Positions 51,795-63,616 of a DNA stretch of 64,000 bases are shown in pieces. Position numbers and translations under genes: made by a program. Each line of letters opens with the position of its first letter. The stretch's first letter is position 1. The notes beneath the pieces are model-generated. The model had not been told where the DNA came from, did no database searches, and worked only from the letters and a program-made list of their open reading frames with translations. This DNA comes from Thalia democratica. Lineage: Eukaryota. Where the stretch lies: assembly GCA_965202585.1 (NCBI GenBank), contig OZ241826.1, forward strand, positions 91,822,001 through 91,886,000, in the 5' to 3' direction.

Positions 51795-52212
51795 GGAAAT
51801 GAAGTCAAACAACGTGTCGAGATCGGCCCGCACCGAAGTCAGGGTGGCCAAGATGCTTCTCATAATGATATCCGCCTTCACCTCCACCATCATCCTCATG
51901 ATCATCTCCAACATGCTTTTCATCTTCGACCCTTCGCTCGACACCGCCGACCTGAGCAACTTCAGCCAGTCCAACTACGGCCTGTTTAAGGGGTTTTCCC
52001 ACGCGGCCAACGTGGTCCTTTTCTACAATTCCTTCTGGAACTTCTTCATATACCAGAGCCGGGACCAAGACTTCAAGCGGTCGTTGAAGGCGGGATTGTT
52101 TGGCACTAACAAGGGGATTTCCCTGCAGAGGATGTCGGTTCAGTCGCACACAACGCCAATGAGCAGGACCGCAGAAGCAAGAAGTCAGACAAACGCTTCG
52201 TCGAGTTTGTGA
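51795..52212 (+). CDS. 5'-truncated duplicate GPCR, terminal exon (TM6-TM7, tail); functional status uncertain
   Basis: Paralogous to 27396-27822 with 10 synonymous and 3 non-synonymous differences and a 9-nt in-frame deletion. Acceptor and stop kept. Confidence 0.65.
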
Positions 52213-53100
52213 ACTTTTAAAGTTTTTTACTGAATAAGAATTGTTCAACAGCTGATAATCTCTTATAGTTTGCTATAGGACTGAAACGTTGTGTTGTCTT
52301 TAGTAATCTGCAAAAATAGAATTTAATTCGTTTCTTTATAGCTACATGAGTTGAGAACTTTCTGTTGCCAATCTAAAGCAGTTTCAAATATAAGTTTTTT
52401 TTTTACTTATAACGTGTTAAATACTATTGATAAACTATGCCCTTTTTTAAAAATAAGTTGGTTCAGTTTTTTTTTTTTGAGGTTTAACTTTAATACTTGT
52501 GTGTTCAAATTAACATTCAAGTTATAGTAGTTTCAAAATATTTTTTAAGTTCTTTAAAAATTTAAAAACTTGTTAAGCTTATTAATATTATGGTACCATA
52601 AAAATTTGAATATAACACTTGTTGCTTGTGTTTAGCAAAATTATACTAAGAAGTTCTAATTATTTTCGTTAGTTTTTTATTTCAAACTAGTTTTTCATGA
52701 CATTAAACACTTTCGGGTTTTTTAAAAATACAAATAAATTTAGTTTCTGTCACTTAAGTCCTTCTATAACACATAAAAGCGTTTTGTTAGGGCCTGAACT
52801 ATCTTAAATAAAAACATTGTGACTTAAGTAATTTTAAACTTAGTTTCGAATATCTTAATCAAGTGGTTAGTAAGATATTCGACATAAAACCTTATCCTTG
52901 TCAAGAAACAGAAATTTTATTCTATTTAATTCACATAAATTTTATCTAGTTAGCAAACTTATTTCTGATGTAAATTTTAATTACATTTGGTTTAGCGGGC
53001 TGATATTCATGTTTGCAGTTATACCTTTCGCGCGCTAAACTCCATTTAAACTTTGCAAAGATTGGCGGTTCAGTAATATTCTGAGGGACTAATATCCGGC

Positions 53101-53439
53101 TCACGGGTTGTACTTTTATTATACTTATAATTATATGTTATTTGTTTTGTTATGAAAAACAATCGTTTAAGAATCGGAAATGTTTTTTTCTTTGCTTATT
53201 ATCCAAAACTTTTTTACATTTGAAAATTTGAAAGAAAGTTTTAATTACTTTAATATTAAAAGTATGTCAACGGGTTGTACTTTTATTATACTTATATTAA
53301 TATGTTATTTGTTTTGTTATGAAATACTAACGTTCAACAATTGGTAATATTTTTTCTATGCTTATTCTAATAGAATTAGTATACATTTGAAAAAATTGAA
53401 GACAAGTTTTTATCATTTTAATATTAAAAGTATGTCAAT
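53101..53439. repeat. ~170-bp tandem duplication
   Basis: CGGGTTGTACTTTTATTATACTTATA...TAATATTAAAAGTATGTCAA occurs twice head to tail. Confidence 0.85.
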
Positions 53440-54239
53440 GTTGTTTTTATTTTATTATTTCTAAAATGATACAATTACAACAGTTTAAATTTTAAGTTTA
53501 AAATCACGCTATTTTTCTTCAAAAATAAGTATTACTTATGGTACAATGAAAACTAAAGTATTTAAAACAATATATTATGATAGTATAAGTATACATAAGT
53601 TTAAATTAAGGTGTTTTTTTAAAACTTTATTATACATAATTATTACTGTACCTTCAGGAGCGTGTCTAGGCATTTTTAAGTAAGAAAGGTTAACTCTTTT
53701 TGATAAAAATAGTAGTGTATTTTCTATTATGGCTTTACTTAAACACTTTTTATTATGTAAATGTCTTTAAAGACTTGGTTTATATATAATATGTAAGTAA
53801 GTTTTTATAATTGTTTACTAAAACATTAAAAGCTATTATTGTAAACTATGCAAAAGCCTACTTCTTTGCCTTCTAGTTTGCAAACTACTAATCATACTAC
53901 TTGTTGTAATACAAAGCCTACTATGTTTTAAAATAATAATTGGATTTCTAAAAACCCTTTAGATTAAAGTAGAAAAGTTTTTATTATCAAAATGAATTTC
54001 TAATTGCTTTCAAATTTATAAATAAAAACTACTCAGTTTTAACAAAAAATAAAATGTCAAAAACTTGTAAGTTTAGTAACCAAATAGAAAAAAATATATA
54101 CATTGAAACTAAACATATTTTAATTATCGGAAATATAAAACAATCACTAAAAGTAAAATAAAACAATTGCTTACTGTACTTTCACTGCTTATAATGACCT
54201 GATAACCAACTGTAACGTGAAAAATTTTGGTTAAAATGA

Positions 54240-55300
54240 TCAAAAACTTGCTGTTGTAATTAACCAAAGAAATTTCAACGAATTAAAAGTTATGCTTGAT
54301 CCCGTTCGTCCGCAACATTATACAGTCTAAAAGTATCACTTAACACTTGCCTGCAACAACTAATGAATAACAATTGTCCTCAACATTAAGAATCTAAAAC
54401 TATCATTCCACAGTATATCGCAACAATACAACTATCACATCACAGTAGACCACAACAATACAATTAGCACATCACAGTAAATCGCGATAATACAACTATC
54501 ATATCACAGTAGACCCCAACAATACAATTAGCACATCACTATAGATTGCAACAATACAACTGTCACATCACAGTAGATTGTAAGAATACAACTATCACAC
54601 CACAGTAGACCCCAACAATACAATTAGCACATCACTATAGATTGCAACAATACAACTGTCGCATCACAGTAGATTGTAAGAATACAACTATCACATCACA
54701 GTAGATCGCAAGTGTACAACTATCACATCACAGTAGATTGCAATGTTACAACTATCACATCACAGTAGATCACAAGTGTACAACTATCACATCACAGTAG
54801 ATTGCAATGTTACAACTATCACATCACAGTAGATTCCAAAAATACAAGTATTACATCACAGGAGTTTTATAATTTACACTGGTTACAAAGCAACCAACTC
54901 CTGCTTTGACTTTACTAGTAGGCTATTGGTGTGCGGTGGGCTTAATAAAAGCGATGAATGCTGTAATAATGTTATGAAAATAAAATCAGTTGTATCATAT
55001 AACTAAGAACGCAGTAACTGGTCATCAATACCAAACATGAAAGAAGCCGAAGCTTTTACAGTATGGTTGTTGTCAAAATCAAGATGTTTGTAATCGGGGT
55101 CGGTTGCAATAACAGTGAAGTTTTTGATAACAATAACAGTAAATATGTTTATTTTTATTTGTTCGAAGTACCCAGAACTTTTTTGTTCCATCGAAACCGC
55201 CTTGTATGACAGTAAATAGATTGTTGTTGGTAAGAAAAGTTCCATGGCTTTCTGTTTTGACACGAAAGAAAAACGGTGAAAATTTTTATTTGAATTTGTC
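54240..55300 (+). pseudogene. Second kelch-repeat pseudogene, interrupted by a minisatellite-bearing insertion
   Basis: Across frames: RNFNELKVMLDP/RSSA (~54270-54325), then after the array SCFDFTSRLLVCGG, NWSSIPNM, FYSMVVVKIKMFVIG, SEVFDNNNSKYVYF, AFCFDTKE. Homologous to 24050-24450. Confidence 0.65.
54398..54862 (+). repeat. 32-bp minisatellite array 1 (~14 units)
   Basis: Unit CAACTATCACATCACAGTAGATTGCAACAATA and variants. Confidence 0.92.
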
Positions 55301-55693
55301 AGATGTTTTTTTTTTCATACGTTAGCTTACTTATATTTAAGTTTTTAGTGTGTTTTTTTAAGTTTAATTTATAAGTCCAAAAGAAGACCTTCAAAACTAT
55401 TCTATTCGTGCTTCCGATTCAATAGCGATTAATTTGATTTAAGTAACTTTTACCATTTATTTTAATAGATTTACTTTTGTGCAGAAATTTGTTTTAATGC
55501 ACCATGAAAGTGTAGTCAAAATTGTTTGTTTTTAAATTTAACATTTAAGAATTATTAGAATTTAAAATATGTAGTTTATTACTTTGGTGTTTTAAACAAA
55601 TATTATAAAAACAAGTTTGTTTTTTGTCTCTTTTGTTTACATTTTATCTTTTTGGCTTTTTTTTTATTAGGGTAATAACGTCAATTTATTTAA

Positions 55694-56040
55694 TGTGATT
55701 TGATAGTTGTATTATTGCGATCTACTGTGATGCAATAGTTGTATTGTTTGCTGTCTACTGTGATGTGATAGTTGTACTGTTGAGATCTACTGTGATGTGA
55801 TAGTTGTATCGTTGCTATCTACTGTGAAGTGATAGTTGTACATATCGCTGTCTACTGTGATGTGATAGTTGTACTCTTGAGATCTACTGTGATGTGATAG
55901 TTGTATTGTTGCTATCTACTGTGATGTGATAGTTGTAATATTGCTATCTATTGTGATGTGATAGTTGTACATATCGCTGTCTACTGTGATGTGATAGTTG
56001 TACTGTTGAGATCTACTGTGATGTGATAGTTGTATCGTTG
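55694..56040 (-). repeat. 32-bp minisatellite array 2 (~10 units, inverted)
   Basis: Reverse-complement units TCTACTGTGATGTGATAGTTGTA... Followed by a ~300-bp tail (56041-56348) homologous to 59006-59328. Confidence 0.92.
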
Positions 56041-56859
56041 AGGTCACAATTTAAAAATTTTATAATTTTCACTCAATTTTCTGGAGTTAATGGTGAATGG
56101 CAAAAAAAAAGGTCTTAGGTTTTTTCAATGGTAGTTTTGAAATATTTTTACAGATATTATAGGAAAGTTCAGAAATTTAGGGTGCCATAAGTTTTAAACG
56201 GGGAGCCACAAGGACATAATTTGTAACTTCCACTAGATATTTTCGAGTTGATAATGAAGAGAAAAAAATCTTAGGCATATTTAATGGTAGTTTTCTGAGA
56301 AATCTTGTCAGAAGGGGCCATACCTTTTTTATTCTTCTAAAGGGAACCTGTTGAAAAAGAAGTAAGGGAAACTCTGTTCTAAGTACTTGACAAATATTAA
56401 TGAAAGGATTTAGTAAAAGTTTAAACGATTTGTTTCATTATTAATTGCCAGTTATTAGAGGTGCAGTTTTTTGGTTACATAATTATACAAATAACTACAC
56501 TTCAAGTTTTTTACTAATACTTTTAGGGAGCCACATTTCTGAAGACAAGTTAAACTAGAAAATCTTTGTAATGATCATGTAGGTTTAATTCTTAAATATA
56601 TGATAAAAAAAATTAACATACTCATTATACTAAAACTGTCTACGTTTTAGTAAGTTTTAAAACTTTTTTTAGTCATACAAAAAAAAAAATAATTCTTTTT
56701 TTGATAAGAAACATTAATGTAGGTCTAATTAAAAACATTTAGACGGCAAAGTTATAATTTAACAATAGAGAAAGTTAAAAATAAGAAAATATTTTAATAC
56801 TAAATTGAATTATTTCCACCCTGGAAATTACACATGACTAAACTTACTTGCTTGATTTT

Positions 56860-57290
56860 TGCATAAAATTTATAATTAAAGAGAAAAACTAAAATACTGA
56901 AATTTTTTACCGAAACAAAATACCTTTTCCTAAATGTTTCAAATGATAATGTTAATTTATGTTTTGAATTATCTAAAATAGTTAAATTTTTCATGCACTT
57001 TGGTATATAATTTTGTATTCTTTGACTTTGAAATAATTTTTTTTTACTTTTTTTGATTAAGGTATACATTGCAATTACTTTAATTATTTCACAGAAGAAT
57101 TACTATTAGTAATGTTTACAATAGTTTTGTGTTCACTTGTTGTTTACATTAGCTTTAGTATACATGTAAGAGACCAAGTACTTTCTTGTGTTGTCTTACA
57201 TTTAATATGTATCTGGTAAATGCGGTTGATGTTGGCAAATTTAAAGGTACCATCGTAAAGCCAAGAGTTTTTGTAAAATTTCCCATTAAT
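56860..57290 (-). mobile_element. Possible decayed LINE (Jockey/L2-like) ORF2 3' fragment
   Basis: Across frames TKTLGFT, RYILNV...KKVLGLL and YTLIKKSK...QRIQN resemble the LINE ORF2 segments KYLG / HI..LGLL / LQRIQN that follow the RT core, in the right order. Confidence 0.35.
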
Positions 57291-57910
57291 TTAAAATTTT
57301 CTATTGCAAAAAGAAATAGTTGATAATTTTATGTATTCCCAAACTTTTTCTGCTAAAATTTTACTCGAAGACTATATGTTTTTCTAACAATCTCCTAAAT
57401 AAAATTTAACAATACTAATTGATATATTGCAAAAAGTTAAACTAAACACATTTATTATCGACCAACCGTGGTTTTTTAATACAATACAAAAATCTAATTC
57501 TAATGAAATTTAATTTTATTTTCTAAACTTTTTTCATTAAGTCTTTAACATATAACAACTTGCTGTATGATCAAAACCTAAAACTTACATTTTGAAAATT
57601 TTGCACAGGCCTATAAAAAATCCAAATATCTCGCCTAGTACATTTCTTGAGTACTATTGGGCTAACTGGTGATGACTAAATAATACCGTCACTAATAAAA
57701 ATCAACCAACGGTTGCAAATAAAAGGTCGTTTTTTAAAAGAGAGTACTTAGCTTAACAAACATAAAAAAAAAGCTAATATAAATTACGAGAAAGCAATTC
57801 ATTTATTATTATTTTACCACTAGTTACCGATTTCTGCTTACAAATTTATATGTTATAACATACATATCACTGATTAAATATATTCTAATTTCTAAATTTC
57901 AGAAATGATA

Positions 57911-58222
57911 TAACTATCACATCATAGTAGACTGCAACATTGCAACTACCACATCACAGTAGACTGCAACAATACAACTATCACATCACAGTAGACTGCA
58001 ATGGTACAACTATCACATCAAAGTAGACTGCAATGGTACAACTATCACATCACAGTAGACTGCAATGGTACAACTATCACATCACAGTAGACTGCAACAA
58101 TACAACTATCACATCACAGTAGACTGCAATGGTACAACTATCACATCACAGTAGACTGCAATGGTACAAGTATCACATCACAATAGACTGCAACTTTACA
58201 ACTATCACATCACAGTTAATTG
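57911..58222 (+). repeat. 32-bp minisatellite array 3 (~9-10 units)
   Basis: Unit CAACTATCACATCACAGTAGACTGCAATGGTA, very homogeneous. Confidence 0.92.
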
Positions 58223-58804
58223 CAAAGATTTAACTAACACTCAACAGGCATTTTATATTATAAGTAAACTTTTGACGCAGTTCTATAAAAGAAGTAGCAT
58301 CGATTTAAAACTTGACTAATATTTTTACAATCTCCAACTTTTAATTTGAAGTAAATTGAGTTTAGTAAGAACGAAAAAACTAACAATTAAATTAGTTTTT
58401 GACAAGTCAAGGCTTTTAATTTATGAAAAAACTTTAATTTTAATTAGCATTAGCTAATTTTTACTTAAACAATATTCAAAAAACCGAGTTTTAATTCATG
58501 TAATAATGATTGTGTTACAACAATCGGTATAATTATAACCTAAAATTTGTATTTTTTTTCAAATTACACATAGACCAACTATTACTCTACTAATATTTAT
58601 AACTGTTGTCCGTAACACCTTGGAGTCTACAATCATCACATCTCTGTTGTTTAGTTATTTAATAAATTAATCTTTGACGCAACTTTTTAAAGTTTTTTTA
58701 CGTTTACTTAATTGTTTTTTCTAAATGTCTTGGCCAATTTGAAATAACCGATTTAAAGCTATCATTCTAAGTAGCATTTTCAAAAAACTTTTAGCTACGT
58801 ATTT

Positions 58805-59328
58805 ACATCGTTGCGATTTACTGTGATCTGATAGTTGTATCGCTAGAAGTCTACCGTGACGTAATAGTTTTAATGTTGAAGTCTGCTGCAATGTGATAGT
58901 TGTATTGTTCCAATCTACTGTGATGTGATAGTTGTACCATTGCAATCTACTGTGATGGAATAGTTGTATTGTTGCAATTTACCGTGATGTGATAGTTTTT
59001 TGGTTGAGGTCATTATTTGAAACTTACGTTAGATACTCTAGAATTCATTGTAAAATGCAAAATAAAAGCTCTAAGGTTTTTTCAATGAAGTTTTGAAAAA
59101 AATATACAGATTTTATGGGAGAATTCAGAAATTTAGGGGTCATAAGTTTCAAAATAGGGAACAACAAGGCCATGATATGAAACTATATATTTTTGATTTG
59201 ATGATGAAGAGCTAAAAATAAAGTTCTTAGGCATATTAATGATAGTTTACTGAGAAATCTTGTCTGAGGGGGTTATAGCTTTTTCTATTTTTTAAAAGGG
59301 GGGCTTTTGATTTTTTTGGGAAACCCTG
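58805..59328 (-). mobile_element. Minisatellite array 4 (~6 units) plus ~320-bp tail ending in a GGGAAACCCTG TIR-like end
   Basis: Inverted 32-bp units at 58805-59000, tail shared with 56041-56348, terminus matches the CAGGG MITE families. Confidence 0.65.
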
Positions 59329-59334
59329 CTGTAT

Positions 59335-61110
59335 ATTAAGAGAGTTATCACTTTTAAAAAGGTAGTCAAAGTGTTTCAATAATAGCCTGAATAATCTGGT
59401 GTATTTGTAAAAAAAAATTACAAACCAAAAACTAAAGAAAAATATTTAGTTAAATAAGTTTAGATGCCGAAAGTTGTCGTAATGAAATAAAGGAGTTAAT
59501 ATATAGCTAGAATCAAAAAAGATCACCTTCAAGAATAAATTTCATATTAATAATTGTTAGCCTAAAGTTCAAATAAAAAAAATTCCAAACTAGTCAAGTT
59601 TTAGGAAAGAACTTTATACGAACCTTAGTAAGCCTGAGTTTTTCAAAAAAGTTCAAACAAGACTATGTGTTTGACAGTTCTGCAGTAATAGATTCAAGTC
59701 TACCTTTTCAGTATATTTCATGATTAGAGACTTTTATTAATATTAAAGAGATAATCTTTAATGAAATCAAGTTCAGTTGAAATATTAAATGGAGAAATTA
59801 AATTTGTAATTATTTAAAATTATAAAGGTTACTTTATAATAATAAATAAAGTATTACACGGAAGAAAATTGTTAGAAACTAGCTTATATTAAATTTTATA
59901 ATGCTAAATAAACACATAATTTTACCTGTAAGTATGTATGACAGCAAATTTAAGCTGTATTTATTACTGAAATGTGGTATTAATGTTTTTCAAAAGTGTC
60001 ATATAAAAACAAATTTTAGCGTAATGTTTATTATTGTTATTTAAAAACTGTTACTATATTTTTTTTCAAATAAAACATTGTCCTTTTGAATTTTAAACCT
60101 GCAATTTAAGTTTTATCGGAGTTATTATGAGAAAATTATTTTTTTTTTCCAAAACTTAGTTGGAATAACTAATTATTCATGTGATTCAAAATTAAATAAA
60201 TTATCTAAACAAGAATGGTTATTTAAAGATAGTAAAAACTTAAAAATAACATTTTCTATATTAGGTCTTTAAGTGGATGCTCCCAGTGAATAGTTTCATC
60301 AGACTTCAAATCAATAAGAATGTTACAAAATGTTTTAAATGTGAATACTAAAAAATTTAAAATGGGCAAATTATTAATATGGTCAATATTAGAAAATGCA
60401 AAACAAATTACCAGATATAAATTTGAACTAAATGAACTACATGTTTTTTATTCATTCAATTTAGATTTAATAATCTGATACATAAAAGTCTATTTTGCAA
60501 TTTAAAACTAAATACAAATTAAATTACCAATCTGCACTACTGACCTTTATAATTATTATTATCACGCTTTATTACCTATGTCAAAAGTTTATAAACTTTA
60601 CACTCATACTTAAAGTTACAATTATTGTTTTAGAAATTTTACACAAATTAATACTTGCAGCGTACCAATGACTTTAACTACCAAGGTCAAATCACGCAAA
60701 CAACCGGCAGAAACTTATCCTACAAACCGGCAGGTCCTTTATTTAAAAATGCCACCGCAACGACCATGACGGAATACTACAAACATTTACTTCTCTGTCT
60801 CACCGTCAACCCTCGGCCGCTCTGACATCCGTACCCCAAGCACTCTCCTTCTCCACCTAAATGCACCCGTAGCACCGCAAACACAAAACCATCATGCAAA
60901 GGGTTTTCCCCTCCATCAAGAGCGCACACTATTGGCGCTCCCGAGTCGTCCACTGCCGCCTGCATCCGGCATATTACAAGTGTCGCATCCGTAGCAGAAC
61001 TGCAAACTTTTATCGAAAATTGAAGCGTTGTTGTGAGCGTAGAGGCCGCATTTTTCTCCTTTCAAAAGACTCTTTCCTGCCTCGCTTCATTCTGCTCGTT
61101 TTTTCCAAAT
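59335..61110 (-). repeat. Inverted duplicate of 17400-19310
   Basis: Continuous non-coding homology, for example an exact ATTTTGTAACATTCTTATTGATTTGAAGTCTGATGA at ~18250 and ~60297-60332 (reverse complement), and 18800-19310 vs 59335-59830. Confidence 0.85.
60737..61110 (-). pseudogene. Second trypsin-like serine protease pseudogene (3' half only)
   Basis: EKCGLYAHN...LQFCYGCDTCNMPDA then frameshift to DDSGAPIVCALDGG...FVFAV. Nucleotide homology to 17410-17760. Confidence 0.75.
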
Positions 61111-62817
61111 TTCATTTTGTCACTAAAAGTTGTAATTTTTTTCATATTAGAGTTAGTTTATTAAAATTTTTTAAATACTTTTTGTGAAACACACTTAGTT
61201 TTTGATTTGAAAAATTTTAGTCCTGTTGTATCCCAAGAGACTTGGTAAAGAGCAGTGTTAGACGTATTAAAAAATTCCCGACATCAAGATTTAAATTACC
61301 TAAAACATAAATTAAAACCTTAACGCAAGGAATTTTTTATGCTTTTGATACTGCTTCTTACCAAGCCTGACCAAACAAATTGATGCTAAGTTGTCAGCAA
61401 CGTTGATGGTTTTGACAAAATTTGATTCTGAAAAACCGCTTTTGTATGACGTAGTTTCAGCCAAAATTTTTATTCAACGGTTCGTTGTTTAAACACGCAC
61501 ATTTTGTATAACATGATAATGGTATCGCCGCTGCTTAAGTTACAGTTAAGTAGGCGGTTGATTTGTGAGATAAATAACGACTTATTACTAAATTTATTTG
61601 TAAAGTTTTTTTTTACTCTTTTTAAAATTATTATGGCGGTTTTAGTTTTTCAGAAAGTTACTTAAATTATAAGCCTAAATTATTAACAATTTGCTTTAGC
61701 GTTTTTAAACATATTTAATTTAGATTTTCAGAGAGTTTAAGAAGTTTATGTATAATTATACTAAGTTACTAGCAGCAAAATTTTTAAACACTTTAAATTC
61801 AAAAACAGTCATTGTAAAGTATGATCTATCTAACTTTAAAAACTTTAAAATACGGCCTTTAAGTAGGGTCTCTAAAATTTGTTTTCATAATCGCTTTTTT
61901 AACAGAAAATGAAAATGATCGCGCAGAATACTAGTGTAAGTGTTAGTTATTTTTATTGTTAATTAAGGTTAGTTTGTTACAAAGACAATACAAACTTTTT
62001 CTTAAAATTAAAAAAAAAAGTTTAGCAGTATATTTTTGTTAAGAACAGTTACCCTTTATAGTTGTTTAAAGTTGTTTATATAAATTTAAACAATCAATTT
62101 TGAACAATATATAAACAATATATAAACTTATCTATCTATAACATTTTTGCAATATTTCACCTAGTTAAACTTATCGTTTTGCAAGTACAAGTTATAATTA
62201 ATTTCATTTAAATGAACAGTACTAAGTGTTATACAAAGCGAATTACTATTTGTAGTTTATGAAGTAATATAAGGATTGAAACGTGTAAAAGAAATGAATT
62301 AGAAATTGTAGCAATGAGTGAAAAACTTGAAATTTAGTACTTGATAGTTATAATTTGAAACAGTAAGCTATTTTTTGTAAGTAAAAGAATAAACATTATA
62401 AATATAAAATCAAACCTCTTAAAAAGTGTTTTAGTAAAAGTTGACATACAAGTAAGATTTGTAACAGTGTAATTAAAAAATTAAAAATAAATATCGACTA
62501 GTGGCAAATTATAAAGTAGACGCATAAAATTAAGCACTTGAGAACTAATAAAAAAAAGCCCTTGTTACGTAACAAAAGCTATTACTATATAATAAATGAA
62601 GTTCATACAACTATTTTAACTCAAAGAAAATGTATTAATTTTTATGCTAAACCGTGTACTCCTTTTATAAATAAGACAAAACTTAAGTTTAAGAAAATAG
62701 ATAAGATTTATTTATGTATAATAGGACTTTGTTTTTACTCAAACCGATTTAGCAACAACAAAAAAACATACTCTCTAATATCAATTTAGATCAAAAACAA
62801 ACAGAAATAAAAACAAT

Positions 62818-62985
62818 TCAGAAAACTGTTGTTGCCCGCTCCGACAGGTACTTGTTGATACCAGGCAAGCAAGTCACTCTGTATTTCAGGTCGTCCAACA
62901 ACGGGACGTAGCTCAGTAAGGAGGGTAGGTACTGCTCAGTGATCAGAAGGTAGTGGGCCAACACCAGGTCAACGTAAGAAAGCTT
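62818..62985 (-). CDS. Cytosolic glutathione S-transferase, terminal exon
   Basis: KLSYVDLVLAHYLLITEQYLPSLLSYVPLLDDLKYRVTCLPGINKYLSERATTVF* fits the GST C-terminal pattern (L..AD, P.L..L..RV..LP.I.KYL..R). Acceptor ATAACAG. Not in the ORF track. Confidence 0.85.
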   Translation of the reverse strand, partial: KLSYVDLVLAHYLLITEQYLPSLLSYVPLLDDLKYRVTCLPGINKYLSERATTVF

Positions 62986-63039
62986 CTGTTATTTATAGTC
63001 TAATGTAAAATGCCTAATAATTACTGTATTTTATGCGAA

Positions 63040-63322
63040 TGCTTCTTGTAAACATTTTGAAAATCTGAAAAACGACGTTCTTTTATACGAAAACTTTTAT
63101 TATTTATATTTTAAATATCTAAAATGTACTTTTTTACGAAAGCTTCTTGTAAACATTTTAAAAATGTGAAAATTGACGTTCTTTTACTCGAAAACTTCTA
63201 TTATTTATATTTTAAAAGTCTAAAAATGTACTTTAATTAAAAGCTTCTTTTGTACATTTTAAAAATCTGAAAAATTACTTTGTATTATACGGAAGCTTCT
63301 GTTATACATTTTAAAAGTCTAA
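63040..63322. repeat. Tandem ~100-bp units built from ~50-bp subunits, inside the GST intron
   Basis: GCTTCTTGTAAACATTTT.AAAAT.TGAAAA..GACGTTCTTTTA..CGAAAACTT repeated about 3 times. Confidence 0.75.
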
Positions 63323-63616
63323 CAAAGTATTTAAAGTATCTGTTGTATAAAATTTTATACAAGCTCACTAAATTTTTTCTAGTTTGGTTTAATTAAGCTT
63401 TAATAATACTTTTCCTTTTAATTTAGCTAATTTTATATATACTTTAAGAACAAAAATTGTTTCATACTTGAATCTATCATTGTAAATAGTTTAAGTTAGC
63501 TGTTTTGTAATATTTTTCCTTTATCTTAGAAGCTAAAGTAAGCAAGATAACGTTTAAAGTGAAACAGTGAGGTAAGAAAAATTCTTATACAAACAAACAC
63601 GAGTATGTAAACATAC

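Noticed and set aside
51756-52248. Minus-strand ORFs 51756-51974 and 51805-52248
   Set aside because: Antisense shadows of the duplicated GPCR exon.
55003-55263. 86-aa minus-strand ORF
   Set aside because: Antisense to the kelch pseudogene, whose motifs are on the plus strand.
54862-55694. Idea that arrays 1 and 2 flipped the kelch pseudogene between them
   Set aside because: Kelch-like sequence also lies 5' of array 1 (~54270-54325) on the same strand, so array 1 is inside the gene and cannot be the inversion boundary.
54398-59000. 32-bp repeats as a CRISPR array
   Set aside because: Units are contiguous with no unique spacers, there are no cas genes, and the context is eukaryotic.
46000-61530. 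Right-hand region as a simple uncollapsed haplotype
   Set aside because: It lacks Evx, is rearranged block by block and has heavily diverged introns. Not formally excluded without read-depth data.
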